64,000 bases of DNA, taken from the NCBI RefSeq assembly GCF_006345805.1, contig NC_043005.1, positions 56,358,001 through 56,422,000 on the forward strand. The letters run 5' to 3'. The notes under the pieces were generated by a model. The model had not been told where the DNA came from. It did not search any database and worked only from the letters and a program-made list of their open reading frames with translations. This DNA comes from Octopus sinensis (lineage: Eukaryota). Position numbers and translations under genes: made by a program. This document shows, piece after piece, positions 38,926 to 52,296 of this stretch; positions within the stretch are counted from its first letter, which is position 1; every line of letters starts with the position of its first letter.

Positions 38926-40175
38926 CTGTGTTTGTCCCCACTCCACTGTTTGATAACTAGTTTTGGTGTATTCAGCAAAAGAGCCCAATAGAATAAGTAC
39001 CAGGCTTTAAAAAAATAAGTATTATGGTTGATTCATTTGGCTAAAAGTTCTTCAATTCAGTGCCTTAGCATGACTGCAATCTAATGACTGAGACAAATAA
39101 AAGATAAAAGATAACTACCTCATGAAGGAAAAAGAAAAAAAAGGGAGGCAGGGATTAAGCAGTAGAAGATGGAGGGAAGGAGTAATTGGTTGTACACTCC
39201 AAACCAAATGGTGTGTTTAGCTGCATCTCACAGACATGATTGCAAAGGCATTACTGTGGTAAATGGCCAGCAACTCTCACTGCAGCAGCCATCCCACCTC
39301 GCAGGGATCATTTCTCAGTTGGGTAACAGTCATTCCGATTTTGCAGAGGAAAGTCTCCAGTTAGCATAGTATCATTGGACAGAATGCTTTGCAATGTATT
39401 TGTACCAACTATCTGCACTCTGAATTCAAATCATCATCATCATCGTTTAATGTCCATTTTCTATGCTTTTACTTTTTTTAAACCCCTCCACCCCACCCCC
39501 AAAACCCTAAAGTTTTCACTCTTTTTTTAATTTTTTTTAAAAAATCAAAGTTTAAAGTATGGACAGTTCAAATTTTTTGCATTAATTCCAGCAATGGACT
39601 GCCCTTGGGTGCACTTCATTTCATTAAATGTGTTTATGGAGAGAGAGAAGTATTGATAAACATTTATACATGTCAGTGTAACAAAGCAATGAAGAAGGTA
39701 GCTGGTGGCCATTTTGGTGTACTAAAAATAACAGCTAAATTGCCCTTAAATCACATAGAAAAAGAATTTTTTTTGCCTAATCATGAATTCCCATGTGTAG
39801 AACACAAATTCGCAAAAATTTTCTGAAAGTTCCCAAAAATAAAAGAGTTATGAGGGGACATATCATCTTTTAATGTCTGTTGTTCATGCTGGCATGGGTT
39901 GAACGGTTTGACCAGGGCTGGTAAGCTGAGGAGCTTCACCAGACTCCAGTCTGATTTGGCATAGTTTTTATGGCTGGATGCCCTTCCTAAGGTTGCCTAA
40001 ACCAGAATTCCACCAAATTTTTTTATTTTTTGTGACCATAATACTGTCTCATGATAGCCAACTAAATCAACTAGTTACTACAAACTGCTCTATTTAATGT
40101 ACCACTTTTGAAATATCCATTTCTACAATAACTTAGATATTCTCTAACATAAATGATTTTCAAATGTCTGTTTAG

Positions 40176-40263
40176 GTTAAATATCGCAAATATCCAAAAC
40201 TCAAAGAAGTAGATGATGTGCTAGGAGGTGCTTCAGCCTGGGAAAATGTTGACTCTACTCAAG
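40176..40263 (+). CDS. POLR3K: POLR3K exon 2
   Basis: gtttag|GTT...CAA G|gtaggt. VKYRKYPKLKEVDDVLGGASAWENVDSTQ. Confidence 0.96.
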
Positions 40264-40910
40264 GTAGGTTCAGTTTTATTGTTTTTTCGTTTCCTATTCA
40301 TTCTTAGATACTTCCCACATTTACAGCTTTTGAGTGTCATGGTGGTGATTATCTAGTAACTAGGCCTAGTGGTGACTTGGGCACGTAAAAAGCACCAACT
40401 GATCGTGGTCGCTGCCAGCCTCCCCTGGCACCTGTGCCGGTGGCACGTAAAAAGCACCCACTACACTCACGGAGTGGTTGGCATTAGGAAGGGCATCCAG
40501 CTGTAGAAACACTGCCAGATCAGACTGGAGCCTGGTGCAGCCTCCTGGCTTCCCAGAGCCCGGTTGAACCACCTAACTAGTGCTAGCACAGAAAATGGAC
40601 ATTAAACGATGATGATGATGATGATGTGCTTTGAGTTCAATTCCTGCCAAGGTCAACTTTGCCTTTCATCCATTTGAGATCTACAAAAAAGAATGTACCA
40701 AACTAGCATGGTAGATAGGGGGAACTGTAAAAACCGTCTGACTGGATGCCTTGCAACATTTACTCCAGTTTCTTGTATTCAGAGTTCAAATCACATATGC
40801 CATAGCGTGTGTGTGTGTGTATTTCACTCATTTTTCCCCTCATTTGTTTACATATTTCATGTTATTTGCACTGTTGGTGACATCCTGTACCCATATATGC
40901 ATGTATATAT

Positions 40911-40941
<31 letters not shown>

Positions 40942-41480
40942 AAATAATAATATTAGGGAGTATAATTCCAAACTTACAGGGAAAAATTCAATTTAGTATT
41001 AAATCAAATTTCACAATATAAATATATAATATATAAATTAGAGAAAAAAACCACTATTATGCAATTCAAATAATGATAGACATAAACCAAATCATAAATA
41101 AAAAATAAAATATATTTTTATAAAACATATAACTAGATCACAAAATGTATAAAATGAATAATCAATATATAAAAAGTAATAAGTAAACACACACACACAT
41201 TTATATTAGAGAATTGGTATTTAAGTTTAGATAAATAATCTTCTTCTATTTGATTGTTGACGAAGTATTTCCTCTCTTAGGAGAGCAATGAATGAGGACT
41301 AGACAAAGTAGAGAAGACTATATAATCTAAATTGACTCAAAAATAGAACTTCAGTATGCCTGCAGTCCAATGATTGGAACAGCTAATAGAAAAATGGGCC
41401 ATAAAGATCATAATTTATATCATTCTGTTAACATATATCAAGATTCCTCACAGATATGTATGTGTGTGTATATATATATA

Positions 41481-41930
41481 AGTGCAGGAGTGGCTGTGTG
41501 GTAGCTATAGGTGCAGGAGCGGCTGTGTGGTAAGTAGCTTGCTTACCAGCCACATGGTTCCGGGTTCAATCCCACTGCATGGCGCCATGGGCAATTGTCT
41601 TCTACTATAGCCTTGGGCCGACCAAAGCCTTGTGAGTGGATTTGGTAGACAGAAACTGAAAGAATCCCGTCGTATATTTGTATGTATGTATATATATATA
41701 TATGTATGTATGTGCATGTATATGTTTGTGTGTCTGTGTTTGTCCCCCCAACATTACTTGACAACTGATGCTGGTGTGTATATGTCCCCGTAACTTAGCG
41801 GTTCAGCAAAAGAGACCAATAGAATAAGTACTAGGCTTACAAAGAATAAGTCCTGGGGTCGATTTGCTTGACTAAAGGTGGTGCTCCAGCATGGCTGCAG
41901 TCAAATGACTGAAACAAGTAAAAGAGTAAA
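41481..41930 (+). mobile_element. Full-length composite tRNA/CORE-like SINE with a short duplicated head
   Basis: Same family as 1671-2066 and 59859-60270. gtgcaggagtggctgtgtggta occurs twice (41481, 41510). Confidence 0.85.
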
Positions 41931-42222
41931 TATAATATGTGAGTGGACAGATAAAAGTAACACTCAGCACACTTAGTAGGACGTACATATATTTTTAAAC
42001 AGTAGTTTGATTCAATTCTGTATGACTTGAAGTTTTGTCATTGTGTTGGAAGAACTCATTTCACCAGAAATCAGATATCTCCCAATATCTGATGAGATGG
42101 GTTCTTCCTATGTGCCCACAAAACTTTGTTATATGGAAGTGGATCAAACTTTTGAAGTATATATATATTACATACACACACACACATGCACATATATATA
42201 TATGTATGCATACACATATATA

Positions 42223-42897
<675 letters not shown>

Positions 42898-43426
42898 CAC
42901 ATACATATATATATATTACACATACATATATATATATATTACACATACATATGTACATATTGTGTGTGTATTTAAAAGTTTTTTGCCCCAAAAATACTTG
43001 ATACACTCACAATATTTTTTTTAACTTTTCATAAAAGTTAACTATTTTAAAAAGATCATTTTTGAAGAGCACAATGTAACAAACATTTTGGAGAGAAGTT
43101 TTCATATTGTGTTTATTGTAAGTACTCTCACTGTTCAACCTTTACATGTATATGTGTGTGTGTGTGTGTGCAATGTGTGTATATATTGTGTTTGTGCATG
43201 TTTTTGTACACAAATATGAGAACCACCAGTTATAAAAAGTCTGTTGACTACTCTCAGCCATTTTCAAGTTCCAGTTGCAATATATTTATTTTTGTATCTT
43301 GAAAAGTAGAGTGTGTACTTTGCAGTAATCTTCCCCTTTATTTTCTTTCATACAAGAAATCAATAATATTCTTCAGTTTCAGTACATATTTTCATTTACC
43401 TTTTTCTTATATCTTCCATTTGATAG

Positions 43427-43554
43427 AAACTTGTCCCAAGTGTGAGCATGGACGAGCCTATTTCATGCAGATTCAGACTCGGTCAGCTGATGAACCTATG
43501 ACAACATTTTACAAATGCTGTAATGTAGAGTGTGCACACCGATGGAAAGACTGA
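43427..43554 (+). CDS. POLR3K: POLR3K exon 3 (TFIIS-like C-terminal Zn ribbon)
   Basis: tgatag|AA ACT...GAC TGA. (E)[41 protein letters not shown], with the QTRSADEP catalytic loop. Total 327 nt = 108 aa + stop. Confidence 0.97.
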
Positions 43555-43590
43555 AGGTTCTGCTATAATTTTACTTTTGTATATTTTGTA

Positions 43591-43596
43591 AATAAA
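43591..43596 (+). terminator. Putative polyadenylation signal of POLR3K
   Basis: AATAAA 37 nt after the stop codon, followed by T-rich sequence. Confidence 0.6.
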
Positions 43597-44800
43597 CTAT
43601 TTTCATGAAACTTATCTTTTTATTACTTTGTTAGCAGCATGGAAAATTTGAAGTTGAATAGCAGTGGTTCTGATACACATCTTTGCTTAACCAGTATTTA
43701 AACCAAACAAATCCAGCCCAAATAATCTACCTGTTTTATGTTCAAGCTGACCAGATTCAGTCTCTGACACTATCTTTTGACATCATTCTAGAAATAAAAC
43801 AACCACATCATCAAAATCTTAAAACCATGAAATAATGCTTGATTAATTCAAAGTAGTGTGACAGACTAATTCTGAATGCTGAAGAGTCAATGCCATTTCA
43901 TGAGATTCTCAGTTCATTTCTGGAAGTTATAGTTGAATATTCTGGTGAAGCTGTCATGCTCTGAAGACCTTCTCCCAGCACACACTGTACCTTACTTTTA
44001 AGAAATTTCCCTTAACATTAATCTATACCTTTGTAGTGGTGATTCAATTCTGAATCCGTGGATATATGATCAGATATCATGAGCAAACCACCATAATTTC
44101 ACATTGTTGGTGTATTAACCAACCAATCTATGTGGACAGAGTTTTCTCTAACATTCTAGAATTTGGCTTCTGGTCCCCTATAAAAACCATTCAGGGCACA
44201 TTTCTACAGCCTGGTGGCCCAGTACAGATGAATCAGACAGATGACCAAGAACTTCCATTGTCATGAAGATAGCACAATTGATTTCAGATATATGTTAGGC
44301 ACACTGTAATAAGAATAATACCATTGTTAAAAAAGTGTTATATAAAAAATTTAACTGAGCGAAAGCATGCTTTCAGATTAGAATTCAAACTATTTCCAAT
44401 TCTTTACTGAACTTAACTCCACCTACTAAACTATTTGATACAGTCACAATATTTAAAAAAAAGATTTTCATAAAAGCTAACTATTTTTAAAATATCATTT
44501 TTGAAAAACAGAATGTCACAAACATTTTGGAAAGAAATCTTCATATTGTGTTTATTGTAAGTGCTCTCATTGTTCAACCATTACATATATATATGTATGT
44601 GTATATATATATATATATCCCTTCAAGCACTGCAATCTTTGTCTTGCTAGAATCCTACCACATGGTGAAAGGAATTACACATTGCATTATGGTTATATCT
44701 AGAACAATGGTAATATACAGCCTGACATGCAGATACATACCAAAATTTGGAGACAGTTACTTTACATAAAATAGTTGGTGTCTTACCATCTCATTAGAAT

Positions 44801-45519
44801 TCATCATCATCATCATCATTTAGCGTCCGCTTTCCATGCTAGCATGGGTTGGACGGTTCAACTGGGGTCTGTGAAGCTGGAAGGCTTCGTCAGGCCCAGT
44901 CAGATCTGGCAGTGTTTCTATGGCTGGATGCCCTTCCTAACGCCAACCACTCCGTGAGTGTAGTGGGTGCTTTTTACGTGCCACCTGCACAGGTGCCAGA
45001 CAGAGCTGGCAAACGGCCACGAACGGACGGTGCTTTTACGTGTCACCGGCACGGGGCCAGGCGATGCTGGCAACGGACACGAATGGATGGTGCTTTTACG
45101 TGCCACCGACACGGGGCCAGACAGAGCTGGCAAACGGCCATGAACGGATGGTGCTTTTACGTGTCACCGGCACGGGGGACAGGCGAGGCTGTCAACGGAC
45201 ACGAACAGATGGTGCTTTTACGTGCCACCGACACGGGGCCAGACGGAGCTGGCAAATGGCCACGAACGGATGGTGCTTTTACGTGTCACCAGCACGGGGG
45301 CCAGGTGAGGCTGGCAATGGACACGAACGGATGGTGCTTTTACGTGCCACCGACACGGGGGCCAGGCGAGGCTGGCAACGGACACGAACGGATGGTGCTT
45401 TTACGTGCCACCGACATGGGGGCCAGACAGAGCTGGCAAACGGCCACGAACGAATGGTGCTTTTACGTGTCACCGACACGGGGGCCAGGCGAGGCTGGCA
45501 GCGGACACGAACAGATGCT
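44801..45519 (-). mobile_element. 5'-truncated RTE 3'UTR copy carrying a 9-unit minisatellite
   Basis: Same body as 42223-42735, CpG-rich and therefore probably young. Confidence 0.85.
44968..45519. repeat. Minisatellite, 9 x about 61 bp, with alternating A/B units
   Basis: The tgcttttacg core starts at 44968, 45031, 45091, 45152, 45213, 45274, 45335, 45396 and 45458. Confidence 0.95.
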
Positions 45520-47702
45520 TCACTTAACCACTGCTTTCTGATATATGATTTGATTTGGTTTGATTGTTCTCAAACAAATTGATGATTCCTACTCATTTGA
45601 ATGCCAACATTTTATTTTATCATCATCAACAGCATCATTTAAAATTCACATTTTCTTTGCTTGCTAAGGTCAGACTTGTGCATTTTAAATTAAACAAGAT
45701 ACTTTGATGCTGATGAATTTGGTTTATATTTTATGGACAACTTAAAGCGGTTAAATGGAATTAGATATCTATGGAATTGAATATTTGAAAAATTAGATGC
45801 AATTTGCTCCAAACCAGCCAAAATACACTGAAGACGTCAATCAACTAACTACATAACTGTTTTTTTTTTCACATTTTGAAGATTCATCTTTGTTTTGATA
45901 TTTGTAAGTCACAGGAAGCAGATATTCAGAAGAAAGTGAACTGGTTGCCAGAAGGTAGAAGTCTTTAACTGGAAACACTGCTTAAAAAGAATTGTGTTGT
46001 TTTGGAAGATGAGTTCAAAGAAATACAACTGTGTGTACTAAGTTTTGTGAAGACTCAGTTTCTTTGAACTGTGTTTCAAAGAAAGCTAAGAACACTGAGA
46101 ATCAAAAGCCGTTTCAACTCGCTTGTTTGTCCTCAGACTTAGTTGAGGTTCATTATAACACATGCCTTTGTCTTACAGACTTTTAAAAAGAAAATTCTTA
46201 CTAATTGATTCGAAGAAGTATATTTAGAGATCATAAACTGGCATGAGATTCTAGGTCCATTTTGCCTCCTATTCCTGATTTCTTTTAATTTTTTTTTTTT
46301 ACTTGTTAGGTCTGGGGGAAAGGGACAGTGCCTAAGATTCTTTTGAATGCCTTCATAAATTGGTGACATTGATGCCATCAACGTTTGTAAAACAACTATT
46401 ACAGGGAAAATATGAGAAGGAGGGCTTTCCAGAAGATCAATGTTCTAAGGAGAAGGGATCAAGTGTCATTAGTGGGGAGTATGAACACAACAATGGGGAT
46501 AAGAAGAGTAGGAGCAGTGTGGGTAGCATAAAGCCAGCTAGCTCCAAGGAGCAAAGGCATCAGCCTAGTGATAGAAAGGGAAGAGAAGACTGCATGTCTG
46601 TAGACCAGAGGATGGAACGTGCCTGACTCAAGAAGTTATCGTGTGGTCGTGAGTTCAATTCCCGGCGATGTATTATGTCTTTGAGCAAGATATTTTATTT
46701 TACATTGCTCTGGTTCACTCAGCAGGCAAAAATGAATAGTAGCTGTATCTCAAAGGGGCAGCCTTGTCATATTCTGGGTGCCATGCTGATTCTCCCTGAG
46801 AAGTATGTTAAGGCACATATGTCTGTGTAGTGCTCAGTTAATTTCACGAGCAGGCTCTTCCGTCGATCGGATCAACTGAAACCCTCGTCGTAACTGACGG
46901 AGTACCATAGAAAACCACGCCAAAAAGAAAACTTCATTCATCGCCATCGGTTTCAGGACGGCAAGCTGATTTTTTTTTCGCCTTTTTTTTTTTTTAAATT
47001 CACATTATTTTGTTCTTTACTACAATGTAGAAGCACGTGGCTTAGTGGTTAGGGTATTGCCCTCATGATCGTAAGATTGCGGTTTTGTTCCTGGGATTGG
47101 GTGATGCGTTGTCGTCTTAAGCAAAACACTTCGTTTCACGTTGTTCCAGTCCACTCATCTGGCAAAAATTAGTAATCCAATGACGAGCCGGTATCCCATC
47201 CAGAAAGGAATTTATATGTTACAAAATCCAGGAAACTGGACTTATGAGCTCAGGAAGGGCTTTTAATCTTTTTTTTTATGCCTTATTTTCCCTTTTTCTT
47301 TCGAAATTTTGCACCCGAAATAATTTTTGCCCAGAGTAATCGTTCCTTACTACACTACTGGGGACAATCTGCTTCTACAACTAAATAAAACCAAGTCAAT
47401 ATGACGAAAACCTGAGGTTGCTGTGATGGATAAAGTATTCGGACCACTGGTATTGTTAACTATTTTCGTGATGATCCACCATCAATGCAATTCTCTGATA
47501 TCTGTTCGCACTTTCGACCCAAATTTTAGACAGATTTGTTTTTCACATTTTATCTACTGAACTGCAAATTGTAGAGGTTATAAACGAAAGACCGGGAAAA
47601 TTAAACGAGCAGTCTGTGCCAACGCTATTAAAGACACGAATTCAAAGTTTAAAGTTTCAATCAAAATAACTCTTTAAAAAATTAGCAATACAAAATTATA
47701 AA

Positions 47703-47960
47703 ACTACAGAAAATGTAATTGTAGTGACGCTATTTTGGAAGTTTTCAGCGCGCATGCACAGTGTTGGATTACTTCTGGCAGGCCGCCAGACGTTCCCTCA
47801 TGCGCATGCGCAGAGAACTGCCAACAGAAAGTTTTCCCGCTAGATCTGTCTTTTAGAGGCTGCAGCCGAATCGAGTGGACACGACTGAAGGTTCTCTCAA
47901 GAAAATCAACACGTAGAAGGCTACGCGGGAACGGAGACAGCATTTTGGCTCACACAAGTT
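47703..47960. promoter_or_regulatory. Housekeeping-type promoter signature (NRF1/ewg sites + ACTACA motif)
   Basis: Perfect TGCGCATGCGCA at 47801-47812, one-mismatch copy at 47749-47760, ACTACA...TGTAGT at 47703-47725. Locally GC- and CpG-rich in an AT-rich background. Confidence 0.55.
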
Positions 47961-50591
47961 AACTATTGTGAAAAATATATGTATATATATATATTTATTT
48001 GCGAATCCAGACCAAAATATAAATATTATTTATTGCAGCTGAAGATAGTCGAAGTTTTGGTTTTCCTTTCGACATAATAACAGTGTATAAAATATTCCCA
48101 GAGTCATTAAGTAGCAGTTACAATCAGACAATTAACATATATAAGTTTATAGAATGCTTTAACATAGTTACTATTACAAAGTACTGGGTTTATTCGTCTG
48201 TTGTGAATGTTTAAATCCAGGAAAATTGCTTTTATCAGACTTCATTAGCCAAAGACAAAGAGTCACATATTTCCATGACAACGGTTGCTAAAGAAACGAT
48301 AAGAATTGGTATGTAGGAGTGGATTTACCAATTTGTATTTGAGAATAAGTTGCAGGAGCATGAAATCTTTATTATAGGCACGATGGCCCGAAAAATAGAG
48401 GGGACGATACAGAAACGGGACGTGGGGTACATAGAATAAAATAAAATATGTCATGAAATGAAATATGTATAATGAATTATGTGGAATGTTTACAAGCCCC
48501 CCCAAAACTCGTAAAATCATTTAAAATACAGTTCTGTTATACTGGGCGTTATTAGAAATTGACGAATTTGTTACGTAATATTTTATCTACAAATGGTAAG
48601 TCATTTATGACGTGTTCCGTTTCCAGCTTGAGAAAATTTAATTTTTATAAACGTTGCTTATAGATACGATTTTTAAAACCGGGAAGGCGTTTGCTTGAAG
48701 CGTTTTAAGACTCTTCAACGAATTCTATAATACCAATCAGATATGGAAACTAGAGAATATATTCAAAAGAAGTAAAATGCATAACACATGTTTTATACGA
48801 GTGGCTAAGAAACTGAATATTTCTTTATTTTTCTTTTAAAGCTTTAAAGGTACATACGACTTCATGCTTAACTAACGAGGTTAGAAATACGATTAATGAA
48901 TTTTAAAACACCATGAATAATAGCACCCAAGTCCATTTTGCTCTCCACAAGGATAATGAATCATTTGAAGAGAAATGGTGTTACTTAAAACATTTAGAAT
49001 AATAAAAAAAAAAAACAGTAGCAACGCATTTGTTGAGAGAGAGAGAGAATTAATGGTTTCAGATTTTAGCACAAGGCCAGCAATTTCGGGGAAGTGGGTA
49101 AATTGATTTCATCAATCCCATTGTTCAACTGTTACTTATTTTATCGACTCTGAAAGGATGAAAGACAAAGTCGACCTCCGCGGGTTTTGAACTCTGAATT
49201 TAAAGACGGACAAAATACTGCAAGGTATTTTATCCGGCGTACTAAAGATTCTGGCAACCCACCGTTTTTGCTATATCTGAAATATTATAATTTATTTGCA
49301 TTTTAATATTACCAGTATAAACGGCGTCAAGTTTTATAATAGTTGTCTCTCGCTTTCCCCAATCGTAATGTAAAAAAAAAAAAAAAAAAACAAGATATGG
49401 AAGTGGTCGGTAAAAGTGTGAAAAATTGAAATCTTGGGGAACAATTTTTCTCAAAATTGCAATATCCATTGCGGAAAACGAGAATTACTGGCAAAAAAGA
49501 ACGTAAGCGAACTGCTCTTTTCTTTTTCCATGAGGTATAATTCTTCGAAGACAGCTATTTCAAAACTTCACCCTTAAATGCTGGAATTTACACTTTACAC
49601 ATTTGTCTACGTATAAATCGATAGTTCAATCACACTGCCTTGAGGAACTCCAGAAGTTACAGCTAACCAGTTAGGAAATTTAACTCCGAGTTTGTCACAA
49701 TGTAAGCATTGAGAGGTAATTTTTGAAAAATTCCAAATGGCGTTTGAATCTTCTAAAATAGTAAGTGGAAACTTGCTACGGAGCGAGCGGACAGCAGAAG
49801 AAACACTTCAAGCAAGTGTTTCGAATCCTTAATTCCTGACATTCTAAGGTCTCGTGTTCACTTACACCATGACTCTTACGTGCCCTCCAGTTGGTTTTGA
49901 AATACCACATTTAATGGGAATTGAACACGAAACCTTCGGGTAATCTTATTTCCCTGGACTTTGTGAATAACGCTCGAACACGACAAGAACTTGCTTTGTG
50001 GGTCTATTTCAAACTGGGAATTCCTTCCTACTATGTTTGGCAGCTTGCAGTATTTCTTTTTAATTTCAGCTATCGTTTCTCTTTGCCCATAACTGAGCTC
50101 TTTTCGGCTCTCCTTGACAGACATTTCATCGTCACTGCATTTCTTTTTTTTTTTTTGCGAATTTTGATTCCGAGAGCTGATCTAGTTGTTGGCACACGTA
50201 GTTTGCGATAAACTCGCACGCGTCGACTTCTACTGCCTGTGCTGTGCAACAGTACTTTCCTTTTGTCAGTTCTTTCGCTAGATCATATTTCGATGTTCAT
50301 CTACTTGGTCTCATAAGGGACTACCAGCTCGATGATTCTGGCGCCTGATTTCAACCATAGGACATCTGGTGCTTGTCTTTTTTTTTTTTTTTTTTTGCTG
50401 ATGAACTATGCTTCTGAGAGATACAGGTTGGTAAGAAATGGAACAATCCGAAGATTATTCGTCGTTGGAACGATAATGATGTAGCTTCCAATCATGTTTG
50501 TAACTGAATCCATGTTAGAAAGTGTTTAGCAACATTATCTCCGAGTTTGTCACAATGTAAGCATTGAGAGGTCATTTTTGAAATTTAGCAA

Positions 50592-50826
50592 AAGGCGGCG
50601 AGCTGGCAGAAACGTTAGCACGCCGGGCGAAATGCGTAGCCGTATTTCGTCTGCCGTTACGTTCTGAGTTCAAATTCCACCGAGATCAACTTTGCCTTTC
50701 ATCCTTTCGGGGTCGATTAAATAAGTACCAGTTACGCACTGGGGTCGATGAAATCGACTTAATCCGTTTGTCTGTCCTTGTTTGTCCCCTCTATGTTTAG
50801 CCCCTTGTGGACAATAAAGAAATAAG
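50592..50826 (+). mobile_element. Young tRNA-derived SINE (ggcgagctggcagaa family)
   Basis: A-box-like ggcgagctggcagaa, B-box gagttcaaattcc, body ctttgcctttcatcctttcggggtcga, tail aataaagaaata. Older copies at about 1-146, 652-860, 4224-4450, 23000-23203, 24259-24450, 28330-28495 and 57899-58540. Confidence 0.85.
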
Positions 50827-52296
50827 AAAGTGTTTTGCAACATATGTGCTACATCCAGCATTATGTTCTCGAGCAAAATAATTTCAAATAAGTTACAGAA
50901 ATGTCATGTTTGCAGTACAGGGTGTCCTTACGGGAGCCCTTTTTGCAAAGAGGTATGACAATAAAATTACGCAAGATATCAGGTAAATATTCCATTGTCT
51001 AGAATTTTTCTAAATAGAAATGCAATTTTTAAAGGCTTGCTAAATTCAGAACTTAAAGTGCTTATTGATCACAAGTGGAATATTATCTGATCAGCAGGTA
51101 TATATATTTTTATACGTGATAGCATGGAATTTAATCGCATCAGTAATGAATATGTGTCGTTCATACAAGCAGTAGTTTGTGAACAGATACAGATAAAATA
51201 TTAGAATTACACGTATTGAGGTAAAGCTTGGCTAAGAGCATTTACTTTCTAAACATTATCATAGATAATTTCACATACGTTGCTGGGCTTTATAGATGGT
51301 GTAGATATGTTATGTTTGAGTTTCGTAGTTATATAGGAGTCTTTAGATTTTAAAATAATTTTTTTCTTATATTCTGTTGTCTGGGGAGAGTAATTTTCTT
51401 TTTGTGCCTTATAATGTAAACACACTCACCGGTAAAATTTCCACTTATTTCTTATTTTTATTTAGATGCTTCTTATAAAGGAACCAAGTTCGTTTTTGTA
51501 GTTTCCTTGTATAGAAGCGAGTGGATTAATTTAAAAATTTTTCCAAGGATTATCTTGCTTCTTTGCTAATGGATCACGATCATTATTTTGCGAATTCCCG
51601 CTATAAACCTTACATCTGTAAAGATATGATTTTTCACAAACGTCAAAATTTAAAGATGTTGCGCGAAGAATTGAGGGAATGTCATAGGGGAGATTTAAAT
51701 GGTGAGGTTGTTGACCAGACTAAGAGAACCGGCTCACTTCTCAATTCAGATTCAGAGAACTAGAATTTCCCAATCAGTATAACAACAAACTACATTTTCA
51801 GTCAAATAGTTTGTTTGTATTAGTTTGTTTACATTCATTCTTGTTAATTTAATGAAGTTTCAGACTTAATCTCAGAGTGCAACACAAATCCTTAAGCAAT
51901 CATTCGTGACACGGAATCCCGGCTTTCCGGACGTATAAACGAATCAGTTTTTCTCCAATGTTCTGTATTGCTTACTTATGTGAAATGGTTCGTGGAAAGG
52001 GAGTTTTATAATTTTTTTTTATTTCTATTCATTTCAATTATTCCTAATCATTTCAAAAAGCTTCAACAAACTTTATCAATATGAGGTAGACTTGTTTTTG
52101 AAGTCATTAAACTGATATCTTATAATAATAAGTCTATATTATCTAAATCCCGCTGAAAAAGAGCGGTTATTTTCAAGTCTTATGATCTCAGTGACGTCAC
52201 ATTACGTATTTTGTATCGACATCATTCTTTCTTAGAAAGTTACTATTTGGAAATCTCACAACGGGAGATATTCAGCAACAGTACCTTGGAGTAAAG

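Larger units (their letters stand above)
42998..44591 (+). repeat. Diverged about 155-bp direct repeat (42998-43152 and 44435-44591) flanking the last POLR3K exon
   Basis: Shared ttgataca-tcacaatattt...tcataaaag-taactatttt...aaacattttgga...tcatattgtgtttattgtaagt-ctctca-tgttcaacc-ttacat. Confidence 0.8.

Noticed and set aside
39483-39507. G-quadruplex-capable tract on the minus strand
   Set aside because: An isolated short C-rich run in an intron with nothing to suggest function.
44968-45519. CRISPR-like array (constant core plus variable part)
   Set aside because: The variable parts are two recurring variants rather than unique spacers, there are no cas genes, and the context is eukaryotic.
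44849-45582. 230-aa and 180-aa ORFs
   Set aside because: They are by-products of the GC-rich minisatellite: the same peptide blocks recur in shifting frames, with no splice or domain support.
46095-46140. Second hammerhead-like CTGAGGA...GAAAC on the minus strand
   Set aside because: Stem II does not close properly, and there is no NUH cleavage triplet or stem I.
47422-47497. C/D-box snoRNA-like arrangement (GTGATGG...GTGATGA...CTGA) and an overlapping 44-codon signal-peptide-like ORF
   Set aside because: Imperfect C box, no terminal stem, no rRNA complementarity that I could recognise, and not inside a known intron. Short hydrophobic ORFs are common in AT-rich DNA.
47704-47962. Overlapping 75-79-aa ORFs on both strands
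   Set aside because: Expected in a locally GC-rich promoter-like patch; no protein similarity recognised.
50592-50680. tRNA gene
   Set aside because: A/B boxes are present, but there is no cloverleaf and the sequence continues into a multi-copy SINE body.
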